Positions 1 to 9,097 of a stretch of DNA of 64,000 nucleotides are shown one piece after another. The DNA is taken from positions 160,001 through 224,000 of the forward strand of contig CAVWHO010000020.1 in the NCBI GenBank assembly GCA_963754875.1, written 5' to 3'. The translations under genes were made by a program, and so were the position numbers. Position 1 is the first letter of the stretch, and each line of letters opens with the position of its first letter. The notes under the pieces were generated by a model. It had not been told where the DNA came from and made no database searches. It was given only the letters and a program-made list of their open reading frames with translations. The stretch is from Nitrospirota bacterium (lineage in GTDB: Bacteria; Nitrospirota; UBA9217).

Positions 1-1
1 C

Positions 2-2026
2 GAGGCCATCCTCACGTCGCTCGAGGAAACGGGAAAGCTCACCGACGAGTTGAAGACCAGGGTCCGTGGCGCACAAACCTTGACGGAGCTTGAGGACATT
101 TACCTTCCCTATCGTCCCAAGCGACGTACCAAAGCGACGATCGCGCGGGAGAAGGGGCTGGAACCCCTGGCCCAGCGTCTGTTCTCTCAGGAGGCCGGGA
201 TCGATCCTGCGGCAGAGGCTGTTGCTTTCGTTGATAAGGAAAAGGGTGTTGAGACCGCAGACGATGCGTTGGCAGGGGCGCGCGACATCATTGCCGAGTG
301 GGTCAATGAAGACCCAAGCGCGCGTCAGAAGATGCGCGGGCTCTATGCGGAAAAAGGACGGTTCAAGACCAAGGTGTTGATGGGCAAGGAAGAAGAGGGG
401 GTCAAATTCAAGGACTACTTTGACTGGCAGGAGCCGGTCGCAACAGCTCCCTCGCACCGAATCCTGGCCATGCGGCGGGGGGAGAAAGAGGGCTTTCTGG
501 TCCTGCGACTTTCTCCGCCGGAAGATGAAGCCCTTGCGCTGCTCGAAGCATTGTTTATAAAAGGCGCTGGTCCAGCGTCGCAGCAGGTGAAATCGGCAAT
601 CCACGACAGCTACAAGAGGCTCCTTTCGCTCTCCATGGAAACGGAGATGCGCGTCGCTACCAAAGAGCGGGCGGACGCCGAGGCCATCCGCGTCTTTGCC
701 GGGAACCTGAAACAACTCCTCCTTGCGCCGCCGCTTGGACAGAAGAACGTACTTGCCATCGATCCCGGATTCCGCACAGGGTGCAAAGTCGTGTGTGTGG
801 ACCAGCAGGGGAAACTTCTTCATACGGACACGATCTTTCCTCTTTTTTCTGAAAAGAACGCAGGCGAAGCCGGGGAAAAGGTCGTAAACCTCTGCACGAA
901 ATTCAGCATCGAGGCCGTCGCGATCGGAAACGGAACAGCCGGACGGGAAACGGAAGCCTTCATCAAGCAGCTCGGCCTGTCAAATTCGATCCAGATCGTG
1001 ATGGTGAACGAGAGCGGTGCTTCCGTCTATTCAGCCTCGGACGTTGCCCGGGAGGAGTTTCCCGATCACGATCTGACCGTGCGGGGATCAGTCTCGATCG
1101 GCCGCAGGCTCATGGACCCGCTGGCAGAGCTGGTCAAGATCGATCCGAAGGCTATCGGCGTGGGCCAGTATCAGCACGATGTCGATCAGACTGCGCTGAA
1201 AAGGACCCTCGACGACGTGGTCGTTAATTGCGTCAACGGCGTGGGCGTCGAAGTCAATACCGCGAGCAAACAGCTCCTGATGTACGTCTCGGGCCTCGGG
1301 CCGCAGCTTGCCGGTAATGTCGTCGAGTACCGGAACCAGCACGGCCCCTTTCAAGCGCGGAGCGAATTGATGAGCGTTTCGAAGCTCGGGCCGAAGACTT
1401 ATGAACAGGCGGCGGGCTTCCTGCGCATTCGCGGCGGCCGCAACCCGCTCGATGCGAGCGCGGTCCATCCCGAGAGTTATCCCGTCGTGGATGCCATGGC
1501 GAAGGACATGAACTGCACGGTCCTCGATCTCATGCAAAGCGCCGAACTGCGCAAGAAGATCGACCTCACTAAGTATGCGAGCGATACCGTGGGCCTGCCC
1601 ACGCTTAAGGACATCATGGCGGAGCTTGCCAAACCCGGCAGGGACCCGCGGGAAACGTTCGAGGCCTTCAGCTTTGCCGAGGGCGTCGGGAAAATCGAGG
1701 ACGTGCAGCCCGGGATGAAGCTGCCGGGCGTGGTGACGAATATCACCGCCTTCGGAGCTTTCATCGACATCGGCGTGCACCAGGACGGACTGGCGCATAT
1801 CAGCCAACTGTCGGACCGCTATATAAAAGATCCGAACGAAGCGGTCAGGGTCCATCAGAAGGTCGAGGTCACCGTGCTGGAAGTTGATGTGAAGAGGAAA
1901 CGGATAGCGCTGTCGCTCAAGAAAAACCCGGAGAAGCCCCGACAGGAACAGGACCGGCAGAGAACAGAGAAGCCGCAAGCCGATATCAATGCGTTACAGA
2001 AGGCGTTCATGAAGAACCGGACATAA
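2..2026 (+). CDS. tex: Tex/YhgF transcription accessory protein (5' part outside window)
   Basis: LEDIYLPYRPKRRTKA, AIDPGFRTGCK YqgF-like domain, SIGRRLMDPLAELVKIDPKAIGVGQYQHDV, C-terminal S1 domain; frame open from base 2. Confidence 0.95.
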   Translation, partial: EAILTSLEETGKLTDELKTRVRGAQTLTELEDIYLPYRPKRRTKATIAREKGLEPLAQRLFSQEAGIDPAAEAVAFVDKEKGVETADDALAGARDIIAEWVNEDPSARQKMRGLYAEKGRFKTKVLMGKEEEGVKFKDYFDWQEPVATAPSHRILAMRRGEKEGFLVLRLSPPEDEALALLEALFIKGAGPASQQVKSAIHDSYKRLLSLSMETEMRVATKERADAEAIRVFAGNLKQLLLAPPLGQKNVLAIDPGFRTGCKVVCVDQQGKLLHTDTIFPLFSEKNAGEAGEKVVNLCTKFSIEAVAIGNGTAGRETEAFIKQLGLSNSIQIVMVNESGASVYSASDVAREEFPDHDLTVRGSVSIGRRLMDPLAELVKIDPKAIGVGQYQHDVDQTALKRTLDDVVVNCVNGVGVEVNTASKQLLMYVSGLGPQLAGNVVEYRNQHGPFQARSELMSVSKLGPKTYEQAAGFLRIRGGRNPLDASAVHPESYPVVDAMAKDMNCTVLDLMQSAELRKKIDLTKYASDTVGLPTLKDIMAELAKPGRDPRETFEAFSFAEGVGKIEDVQPGMKLPGVVTNITAFGAFIDIGVHQDGLAHISQLSDRYIKDPNEAVRVHQKVEVTVLEVDVKRKRIALSLKKNPEKPRQEQDRQRTEKPQADINALQKAFMKNRT

Positions 2027-2075
2027 GGGAGGGCGTTTTTCCGCGCCTTGCACGCTCCGCTCGGTGCGACGTTGT

Positions 2076-2345
2076 TCACCTGGGAAACCTCTGAGCAGCA
2101 CGTGCCCGTGCCTTTGCAGCCTCTTCTGCACGGTTTTTCGGCGGTGCGTTCGTTTCAAGCGCGCTCAGAAGGCTTCTGGAAGCTGTTGCTATCTCGTCCA
2201 CAGCCGCAAGGAATGCAGCTTCGTTGGCCTTCGATGGCTTGTTGAAGCCGCTCACTTTTCTGACGAATTGAAGCGAGGCTGCACGAATCTCTGCGTCTGT
2301 CACGGGCGGATCGAAGTTGAAGAGAGTCCTGATGTTTCTGCACAT
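2076..2345 (-). CDS. DUF2277-family small protein (cassette)
   Basis: MCRNIRTLFNFDPP...IRAASLQFVRKVSGF typical of DUF2277; RBS GGAGG upstream. Confidence 0.8.
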   Translation of the reverse strand: MCRNIRTLFNFDPPVTDAEIRAASLQFVRKVSGFNKPSKANEAAFLAAVDEIATASRSLLSALETNAPPKNRAEEAAKARARAAQRFPR

Positions 2346-2883
2346 AAGCGTTACCTCCCTGTATCGAATTGCCTAACGCGCGGGCGAGAGCGTGCCTTTT
2401 TGCGCGTCGGATTCGACCCGCATCGTTATCCTTTCGTAGGGAATCGACCCTCTCGATTAATTCAGCCACGATAGGATTTTTCTTGAATGGTATCAGACTG
2501 GTTGGAGGCATAAATGTAACCTCGGGGCCAATACGGGACGGATGTCGAAGCACAAGGGTTACTCTCGCTGGATTGGTTACGTAAGAATAGCTAATATTCA
2601 TAATATCCGATAACGGGATTCGTACTTCTTCATTCTTGTTTTTAACAATCAGCGCATCACCCACATCCCAAGCCTCGTCTACAAGATCAAAAACGAGTTT
2701 TTTCATTATTAAATATCCGAAGACCGTCATTACTATGGGGGTGATAAAAAATACTATTTGGAACACTCCCTTTTTAATCATGGAATATATTGAAATGACG
2801 ACAAAGAAGGCTAGGAACCCGAACCAAACTAATGGGAAAAGACGTTTATTTACAAATGTCATGCGGGAAGATATGCGACGCAT
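2155..2883 (-). CDS. Membrane protein cassette (~150 aa expected); as sequenced it reads through the attC
   Basis: ATG 2883 after GAGGTGG RBS, two hydrophobic helices; TAA of the inverse core at ~2426 is out of frame. Confidence 0.65.
   Translation of the reverse strand: MRRISSRMTFVNKRLFPLVWFGFLAFFVVISIYSMIKKGVFQIVFFITPIVMTVFGYLIMKKLVFDLVDEAWDVGDALIVKNKNEEVRIPLSDIMNISYSYVTNPARVTLVLRHPSRIGPEVTFMPPTSLIPFKKNPIVAELIERVDSLRKDNDAGRIRRAKRHALARALGNSIQGGNAYVQKHQDSLQLRSARDRRRDSCSLASIRQKSERLQQAIEGQRSCIPCGCGRDSNSFQKPSERA
2371..2431 (-). repeat. attC site
   Basis: Minus strand GGATAAC-GATGCGGGTCGA...TCGCCCGCGC-GTTAGGC, imperfect palindrome with extrahelical base. Confidence 0.85.
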
Positions 2884-2895
2884 TTTCCACCTCGA

Positions 2896-2952
2896 GGTTA
2901 ACATCAAAATCAGCCGTGGCTGCAAGACGTCGGCTGCATTGTCTCGTTGGGC
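2896..2952 (-). repeat. attC site
   Basis: Minus strand GCCCAAC-GAGACAATGCAGCCGAC...CGGCTGATTTTGAT-GTTAACC. Confidence 0.9.
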
Positions 2953-3036
2953 GGTCATATGGGGTTTTGCACTCAATCACATTTCAACATTTCCAGAGTG
3001 TCCCCATCGCCTGCTCAGATTATTCAATCGCTTTAT

Positions 3037-4917
3037 CTATTTCCCCTCATGTTTCGGTGTGTTTTGAGAAATCATTTGAGATAACCATGCATTGAATAGG
3101 TTGCCGCTCGCTGAGCCCTCCCCACCTCCAACCAGAACCTGGGGCACAATCTGAATCTTACCAGCCGCTATCTCCTGAATGAGCTTGATTATCGCTACAT
3201 TCTGCTGACCAATGGCCTCTTTCTGGGCATTGTAAGCAGCGGCAACACCGTCGCCCTCAATCTTGCTTTTGTAAGAATTGCCGTCAGCCACCAGTATTGT
3301 AGCTTCTTTAGTCCCTTGAGCTTGGAGAATCACAGAACGCCTGTTCCCGTCAGCTTCTTTAACCGTGGCTTCAGCCCTATCATTATTGATGTCTATAGAT
3401 AATTTGGCATCAATAACATCTTTTTGTTTATCCGCCCGGGACGATTTCTCCATGACCGCAATGCGTTTTTCTTGAGCTAGTGCCTCTTGGTCATACTGGG
3501 CTTGCTGCTGATTGGCAATTTCCTTCTTGGTTTGCGTATCCAACAAATCTTTAGGTATATCGATATAAGCAATGAGTAAGTTTTGGGCCTCAACGTTGTA
3601 CTCAGAAAATCTTTCTTGGGCGTGTGCCAGTGCTTCGGTCTGCAAGACCGTCCGGCTTTGGAAAAAGTCAATCGCTTTCTTCTCGCCGGCTTTATTCCTG
3701 AACGATGAATCAATCAGCGGATGTACGATTTGATCAATCAGATTGGCCACTGACCCGAATCTAGCTATGATGTAGGCCGCATTCCCCGGTTGAATTCGAA
3801 TCACCATTCGAACATTGACTTCCAATTGAAAGCCATCTTTAGAAGTCACCTTCAAGGGATCAAAACTGTACAGGACCCCCGCAGCCTTAGCCACCGTTGG
3901 TTTGACTCCCTTTACCTCTGTCCCGATTTTTCCCTCGCTTGCCCAATCGATGGTGACGGCGGAAGTAGGCACTTGATAGGCTGTGAAAGCAATCGCATTT
4001 AGATTGTATTTCCCAGGTGCTATCGGCTCTCTCCAAATACCGCGAGTATATTTATCGATTATCAGTATTTTCTCAACATCTTCATGGATCGGACCACCGA
4101 GTTTTCCTTCTTTGGTAGTTAGCTCGGGCCCTACCGGCGTCCTCTCCAACTCCGACCCAACGTTGGACCTGATTACTGCCACATATCCTGGAAGGACCTC
4201 AGCTACATCTTCAACTTTAATCTCAAATAAGTTCGGATTGATGAAATATATTCCCGGTTGCAGGGTATCTAACTGCGGTCCCCGGTATCCTTTGCTATCG
4301 ATAAAGAGCTGTCCATTTTGATAAGCTCTGTGGTCTGCTTGGGTACCGTCATCATTTTGAGCCTTTGGGGCGATGACATAGCCCGTCGGTAAGGGAATAC
4401 CATCTTTAGCAACAGCGATACCAATGGTATTCTCCTCTATTTTTACCGCGGGAGCTTTGTTAATATTGAACAGTATGGAATTGATCCGGTAGGTGCCTGG
4501 ACGTAGAATCCCAATCTGCGGTCCCTTCTTTCCATGGTTGGCTAAAAACATCTCTGCATCTTGAAATTGATTGCACTCGACTTCATCGGCTAACACTCTG
4601 CCTTTAGGTAGTGGTTCGCCGTCAATAGATTCGACGATACCGATACTGGCAATGTCTACCGTCACTACCGGAACTTTGGTAAATGACCAGACTATAGGTA
4701 ACCTCCAGTAGAGCCCTGGCATCAAAGTCCTCGCCTGAACCCCTATTTCTCCATGACGCGCGATTATTTGTCCTTCAGACATTTTTTTGCCAAACATATT
4801 TTTAGTAAGGATGCCGACTTGATTGGCCCCAATTAAACAAAAACCTTTAAGGACAACCATCAGAACAATAAAAACAACCACAATTGAGACAATCCATCCT
4901 ATCATTACTGTCATCAT
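3037..4917 (-). CDS. SPFH/Band 7 (flotillin-like) membrane protein (cassette)
   Basis: N-terminal TM, repeated G-x-Q-x-x-L-x-PG-x-Y units, SKDGFQLEVNV SPFH core, C-terminal coiled coil; AGGAGA RBS before ATG 4917. Confidence 0.85.
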   Translation of the reverse strand: MMTVMIGWIVSIVVVFIVLMVVLKGFCLIGANQVGILTKNMFGKKMSEGQIIARHGEIGVQARTLMPGLYWRLPIVWSFTKVPVVTVDIASIGIVESIDGEPLPKGRVLADEVECNQFQDAEMFLANHGKKGPQIGILRPGTYRINSILFNINKAPAVKIEENTIGIAVAKDGIPLPTGYVIAPKAQNDDGTQADHRAYQNGQLFIDSKGYRGPQLDTLQPGIYFINPNLFEIKVEDVAEVLPGYVAVIRSNVGSELERTPVGPELTTKEGKLGGPIHEDVEKILIIDKYTRGIWREPIAPGKYNLNAIAFTAYQVPTSAVTIDWASEGKIGTEVKGVKPTVAKAAGVLYSFDPLKVTSKDGFQLEVNVRMVIRIQPGNAAYIIARFGSVANLIDQIVHPLIDSSFRNKAGEKKAIDFFQSRTVLQTEALAHAQERFSEYNVEAQNLLIAYIDIPKDLLDTQTKKEIANQQQAQYDQEALAQEKRIAVMEKSSRADKQKDVIDAKLSIDINNDRAEATVKEADGNRRSVILQAQGTKEATILVADGNSYKSKIEGDGVAAAYNAQKEAIGQQNVAIIKLIQEIAAGKIQIVPQVLVGGGEGSASGNLFNAWLSQMISQNTPKHEGK

Positions 4918-4982
4918 GGTATTTCTCCTTTTTATTCTCAATGCCCTTCGGGCTTAGCGTTCTTGCTCCAGCGAGATTGAAA

Positions 4983-5041
4983 GCCTAACGAACAGGTGTA
5001 GGGCGCGATTTTCCGCGTCCCACACGACCCGCATGTTGTGA
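4983..5041 (-). repeat. attC site
   Basis: Minus strand TCACAAC-ATGCGGGTCGTGTGGGACGCG-GAAAAT-CGCGCCCTACACC...GTTAGGC. Confidence 0.85.
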
Positions 5042-5106
5042 CATCATCTCCTCATGTTCGATTTTCGCAATCGGCTCACTACCCGACCGAGCTACTGCCG
5101 GCTCTT

Positions 5107-5811
5107 TCATCGAATACCTGTATCGAACGTGAGACTGACCCGGGTCCACACATTTGGCCCTACAGACACATTCTGCGTCTGGGATTGAGGAGACAGGATG
5201 GGCGCATCAGCATCCGGCACGATTAGATAGTTCCCAGCGGGAACTTGGACTGCGAAGCAACCCTCCGAGGTCGATCGGAATGCGCCGACAGCAACGTTAT
5301 TCTTTTTGATCTGGAATCCAGCGGAAAAAGGCTCCTCGCATGATACGGTATCACTGCAAACCGGCTGTGTTGGCCCTCGCATAACGAATCCGCTCAGTCC
5401 GGCAGCAGTTTCAGGAATGATAGAGCACTGACTGGAGAGAATAGTTGAAGGGGAAGACGTGCAAATCGCGGCACTTTGAGCTGATTCAATCCCGGCCGCA
5501 TCATAAGCCGAGACGGTGTAGCAATATTGAGTCGATCCAGTGACTGAGCTATCAAGGGCAGCCGAGATTGCGACGGACTGAAGATAGAGGCCATCTCGGA
5601 ATATTTCATATCCGGTGACTTCACTATTATCGGTCGATGCCGACCAGGAAAGTCCGACTTGACCTGTCGATACAATAGCGGTCAAGTTTGAGGGGACCGT
5701 GGGCGGTGTGTTGTCCCGGTTACTGCATCTTTGAAAAATAAAGCTAATCACTATCAAAAAGAAAAACCACAAAACATACGGGATCCTATTTTTTAAACAC
5801 ATCATCTCCAT
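5107..5811 (-). CDS. Exported protein with fibronectin type III domain (cassette)
   Basis: Signal-like N-terminus; DNTPPTVPSNL...LSWSASTDN..V.GY.I.R...Y.YTVSAYDAAG.ES FN3 motif. Confidence 0.8.
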   Translation of the reverse strand: MEMMCLKNRIPYVLWFFFLIVISFIFQRCSNRDNTPPTVPSNLTAIVSTGQVGLSWSASTDNSEVTGYEIFRDGLYLQSVAISAALDSSVTGSTQYCYTVSAYDAAGIESAQSAAICTSSPSTILSSQCSIIPETAAGLSGFVMRGPTQPVCSDTVSCEEPFSAGFQIKKNNVAVGAFRSTSEGCFAVQVPAGNYLIVPDADAPILSPQSQTQNVSVGPNVWTRVSLTFDTGIR

Positions 5812-5870
5812 TGGCCTCCTCTAAGATTGATCGGTTCCTGTCAGGCGCACTTATGAGGAGCGTTCGGCAG

Positions 5871-5898
5871 TTACAACGCGGCCGTGAGACGGGCGCCG
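5871..5898 (-). repeat. Half attC (R'/L' arm)
   Basis: Core GTTGTAA matches inverse core at 5035-5041 in 6/7 positions; arm CACGGCCGC can pair with the half site at 6897-6923. Confidence 0.6.
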
Positions 5899-5911
5899 TT
5901 TAAGCAACCTT

Positions 5912-6842
5912 TAGGGTCAGGTCCTTTGTTATGGTATTAGCCCCTCATCCTCACAATGTTGCTCACTGTTGAGGTGTGGAGCCCCAGGTGTCGGGCGATT
6001 TCGCTCTGCCGATATCCATGCTTCTCAACAGCCTCGATCATCTTTCTGTCCCGCTTTCGTTTGTCCCCAAGTATACTCTCTTGGAATATTTTCTCAAGCA
6101 GCGGCCGATTCGCGTAGCGCTGACTCCTCGGTATCTCAGGAACATGCTTGTGTTTCTCCAGGTGATCTACGAGGCTGTCTACGAAATCATCTTCGCCCAG
6201 AATGATCTGCCCTTTGACGTCCGTCCAGATCGGCTTTGCCCCGATCCCCCATTTGACGAACTGGCGGTATTCTTTCTCGGCCTTGGCTCTCTTCCCGCTG
6301 AATTGCCCGAGGATCCAGTCCGTAGTGAGACAGGGGTGAGGCGTTTCTTTGCCTGCGGTTGCACGGTAACTGCTCCATTTCCACCGTTCAGGGCGTTCTA
6401 TCATCCGTGCCCGGACAGGATTTAATACAACGTATCGGCAGACTTCGAGAAGGTAGCTGTCTTTCTGGATAAGAATTCCTTTAAACCTGCCTTGGAAGAG
6501 GTGCCCCGTTCGTTGATGCCGATTGTTAAATAACTGCGTGTAAACGCCATTTAACTGTCTCATTCCAAGCGAGAGGTTCCCGTCTGGGGTTTCGATGAGC
6601 AGATGGTAGTGATTGTCCATGAGGCAGTAGGCATGGCACAGCCAGTTATAGCGCTTGCAGACGTGCTGAAGGGTGCGGAGAAAAGTTTCGCGGTCGGGGT
6701 CATCTTTGAAGACGGGCTTCTTTTCGTTGCCGCGAGTGGTAACGTGATACACGGCGCCGGGATATTCGATGCGAAGGGGTCGAGTCATGATGCGAACGTA
6801 GCATAGCCAATATAAAATGTCAACACAAAAGACCTGACCCTA
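5912..6842 (-). mobile_element. RAYT-like element 1 bounded by 18-bp inverted repeats
   Basis: TAGGGTCAGGTCCTTTGT (5912-5929) and ACAAAAGACCTGACCCTA (6825-6842), one mismatch. Confidence 0.8.
5937..6788 (-). CDS. REP-associated tyrosine (Y1 HUH) transposase with C-terminal HTH
   Basis: RPLRIEYPGAVYHVTTRGN, YCLMDNHYHLL (HUH), GHLFQGRF, RYVVLNPVRA, WSSY. Confidence 0.9.
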   Translation of the reverse strand: MTRPLRIEYPGAVYHVTTRGNEKKPVFKDDPDRETFLRTLQHVCKRYNWLCHAYCLMDNHYHLLIETPDGNLSLGMRQLNGVYTQLFNNRHQRTGHLFQGRFKGILIQKDSYLLEVCRYVVLNPVRARMIERPERWKWSSYRATAGKETPHPCLTTDWILGQFSGKRAKAEKEYRQFVKWGIGAKPIWTDVKGQIILGEDDFVDSLVDHLEKHKHVPEIPRSQRYANRPLLEKIFQESILGDKRKRDRKMIEAVEKHGYRQSEIARHLGLHTSTVSNIVRMRG

Positions 6843-6896
6843 TAGGTCCTTTTTCGCCATACGCCTCCCGTGGGTGAGGGGTTTTGATGGTTCACA

Positions 6897-6923
6897 GCGT
6901 CCCACACGAACCGCAGGTTGGAA
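6897..6923 (-). repeat. Half attC (R''/L'' arm)
   Basis: Plus strand GCGTCCCACACGAACCGCAG-GTTGGAA, nearly identical to the corresponding arm of the attC at 4983-5041. Confidence 0.7.
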
Positions 6924-6959
6924 TCATCGTTCTGTTCTACTTCGATCAATGGAAAAAGC

Positions 6960-6989
6960 TTGACATGTTGTTACCCTTTAGGTTACAAT
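6960..6989 (+). promoter_or_regulatory. sigma70 promoter of higBA with overlapping palindromic operator
   Basis: TTGACA-18 bp-TACAAT; TGTTACC-N5-GGTTACA overlapping spacer and -10. Confidence 0.7.
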
Positions 6990-6992
6990 TTA

Positions 6993-7274
6993 ATGGTGAT
7001 CGCTTCCTTTGCTCATAAAGGGCTTGAACGCTTCTACCGCACCGGAAACGTTTCAGGCATCCAGGCGATTCACGCTGCTAAACTGCGGTTAATTCTAAGC
7101 CTGCTTGACGCCGCACAAACCGTCGAGGGTATGAGGCTGCCGGCGTTAAAACTGCACAAACTGAAAGGGACGCGGAACGATACATGGGCCGTGACGGTTC
7201 AGGCAAACTGGCGGGTCACGTTCCGTTTTGAAAATGGCAATGCCCACGTTGTAAATTACGAAGATTATCATTAA
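6993..7274 (+). CDS. higB: HigB (RelE/ParE-family) toxin
   Basis: [13 protein letters not shown]...LHKLKG...[15 protein letters not shown]...VNYEDYH; start ATG 6993 or GTG 6996. Confidence 0.9.
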   Translation: MVIASFAHKGLERFYRTGNVSGIQAIHAAKLRLILSLLDAAQTVEGMRLPALKLHKLKGTRNDTWAVTVQANWRVTFRFENGNAHVVNYEDYH

Positions 7275-7284
7275 GGAGAATCTC

Positions 7285-7575
7285 ATGGCTACAATGCATA
7301 ACCCGGCCCATCCGGGAGAAATAATAAAAGGTCTCTGTTTGGAGCCGAAAGACATGTCCGTCGCCGACGCGGCAGAGCGGCTCGGTGTTTCGCGAAAAAC
7401 ATTGTATAAGATTCTCAATGGAAAAGGCGCCGTTACGCCTGAAATGGCCCTCCGGCTTGAATTGGTCTTTGGTTCCACTGCACAAACGTGGCTCAATATG
7501 CAGACCACCTACGACTTGTGGCGGCTTAAAGACAAACGTAAGGCGCTGAAGGCCGCCTTGCGACGAGCGGCGTAG
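7285..7575 (+). CDS. higA: HigA antitoxin (HTH-XRE)
   Basis: [11 protein letters not shown]...AAERLGVSR...VTPEMALRL...[10 protein letters not shown]. Confidence 0.92.
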   Translation: MATMHNPAHPGEIIKGLCLEPKDMSVADAAERLGVSRKTLYKILNGKGAVTPEMALRLELVFGSTAQTWLNMQTTYDLWRLKDKRKALKAALRRAA

Positions 7576-7600
7576 TGTTTACACTCTCACCGGTCGATCT

Positions 7601-8040
7601 CTACACGTTTTTATGTCGAATTGGATTTTGGCCACCCATACCGACAGAGTTTCCGACGTATTCATCTCTGATATCCGACGCTACAAAGCCCTCAAACTCC
7701 CATCGTCCGTCATCCGTGACATCCTTCGCGTCGCGAGTATGGTATTTGAGAGTTCCTGAAGGATGCCATTTCTGGATGCGGTAGACTTCTCTGACGATCC
7801 CCTGAGACACAGCCATCGCGTATTCGCGTGTTCGCGCCTTGGTCCCACGACCCATATGCCGCAGGTTGCCTCATACAATTCTTCGGCAGTCATATCGCTT
7901 CGATAGAGCTTATATATCGTGATGAGAATCGCTCTATGCCGTGCATATACCGGTTTAGCGCTTAACATCGCAATAACCTCCCGTAATCCAATTCGTCCAA
8001 ATGATTTATCGTGATGACCTGCAACCCGATTAGTGAGGGA
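7601..8040 (-). pseudogene. Frameshifted, 5'-truncated gene, possibly C-terminal part of a LEM-3-like GIY-YIG protein
   Basis: LTNRVAGHH...ELYEATCGIW in one frame continues as YAMAVSQGIVREVY...RWEFEG...QNPIR in another; family call from memory. Confidence 0.5.
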
Positions 8041-8338
8041 CCTGAAGCGCGCCACAAATGATTCTGGTCAATTTGGCAGTTACCTTAAAAAAGCAATTGC
8101 AATTAATAAACCGTAGATGCTGTAGAGAAAAGTCCAGAGTGACATAACAGTAAAAACAGCAATCTCACTGGCTATTTTTGACTTTGATGCTACTGTAAGG
8201 GCAGACATGTGTATTCTGGTGAATTCAGGCAGGCATTCGGTTTCGTTTCGGGCACGCATTCCGATTCAATTCGGGCACTCTCCAACGGGATAACCGATTG
8301 CTGGGTTAAAGCTACTATCTCATAGGGATTTTGACTTG

Positions 8339-9079
8339 TCAACGATTGATCTTTGATTTGCTCTTTCTCATTGATTCTCCTTTCAGGTCTATTTTGTAGG
8401 CGTTATGCACCAGACGGTCCATGATAGCGTCAGCCAAGGTCGGGTCGGCCAGGATATCATGCCAGTGCTTAACCGGCATTTGGGTAGTTATGAGGGTCGA
8501 CCGGCGATCATAACGGTCCTCGATGATTTCCAGAAGATCTCTTTGCTGTTCCGTCGTGAGCGGAGCAAGTCCGAAGTCGTCGAGGACAAGCAGGTCTGCC
8601 TTGAGAAGTGACTTCATCAGTTTCCGATACCGTCCGTCGTGATGCGATAGGGCCAGATCTTCAAGAAGCCTCGGCAGCCTCTGATACACGACGGCATGAC
8701 CATCACGGCAGGCTTTGTGGGACAGGGCGCAGGCAAGATAGCTCTTTCCCACGCCGGTCGGGCCGATGATAAGCAGATTGTGATGCTCGATAATCCACTG
8801 GTTCGACGCAAGCGACAGAATGAGCGATTTGTCCAGCCCTCGGGGCTGACGGAAGTCGATGTCTTCGATAGATGCTGAGATTCTCAGTTTTGCAGCTCGT
8901 AAGCGCGTAACAAGCCGTCTGTTCTCTCGTTCTGTCAGTTCTCGGTCAATAAGGAGCCCAAGCCGCTCCTCAAAGCTTAGTGAAGTCGCTTTTTGATTCT
9001 GCAGTTGTTCACGCAGGGCTTTTGCCATGCCAAAAAGACGGAGTTGTTCGATCTTGTCGAGTGTGGGATGCGCTAACAT
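8339..9079 (-). CDS. istB: IS21 helper ATPase IstB
   Basis: GPTGVGKS Walker A, LLVLDDFG Walker B, ADAIMDRLVHNA...GESMR. Confidence 0.95.
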   Translation of the reverse strand: MLAHPTLDKIEQLRLFGMAKALREQLQNQKATSLSFEERLGLLIDRELTERENRRLVTRLRAAKLRISASIEDIDFRQPRGLDKSLILSLASNQWIIEHHNLLIIGPTGVGKSYLACALSHKACRDGHAVVYQRLPRLLEDLALSHHDGRYRKLMKSLLKADLLVLDDFGLAPLTTEQQRDLLEIIEDRYDRRSTLITTQMPVKHWHDILADPTLADAIMDRLVHNAYKIDLKGESMRKSKSKINR

Positions 9080-9097
9080 AATAGTCTCCTTTTGCAG

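Noticed and set aside
8030..8085. attC after the IS21-split cassette
   Set aside because: Only an inverse-core-like AGGTAAC is present; no complementary arm found
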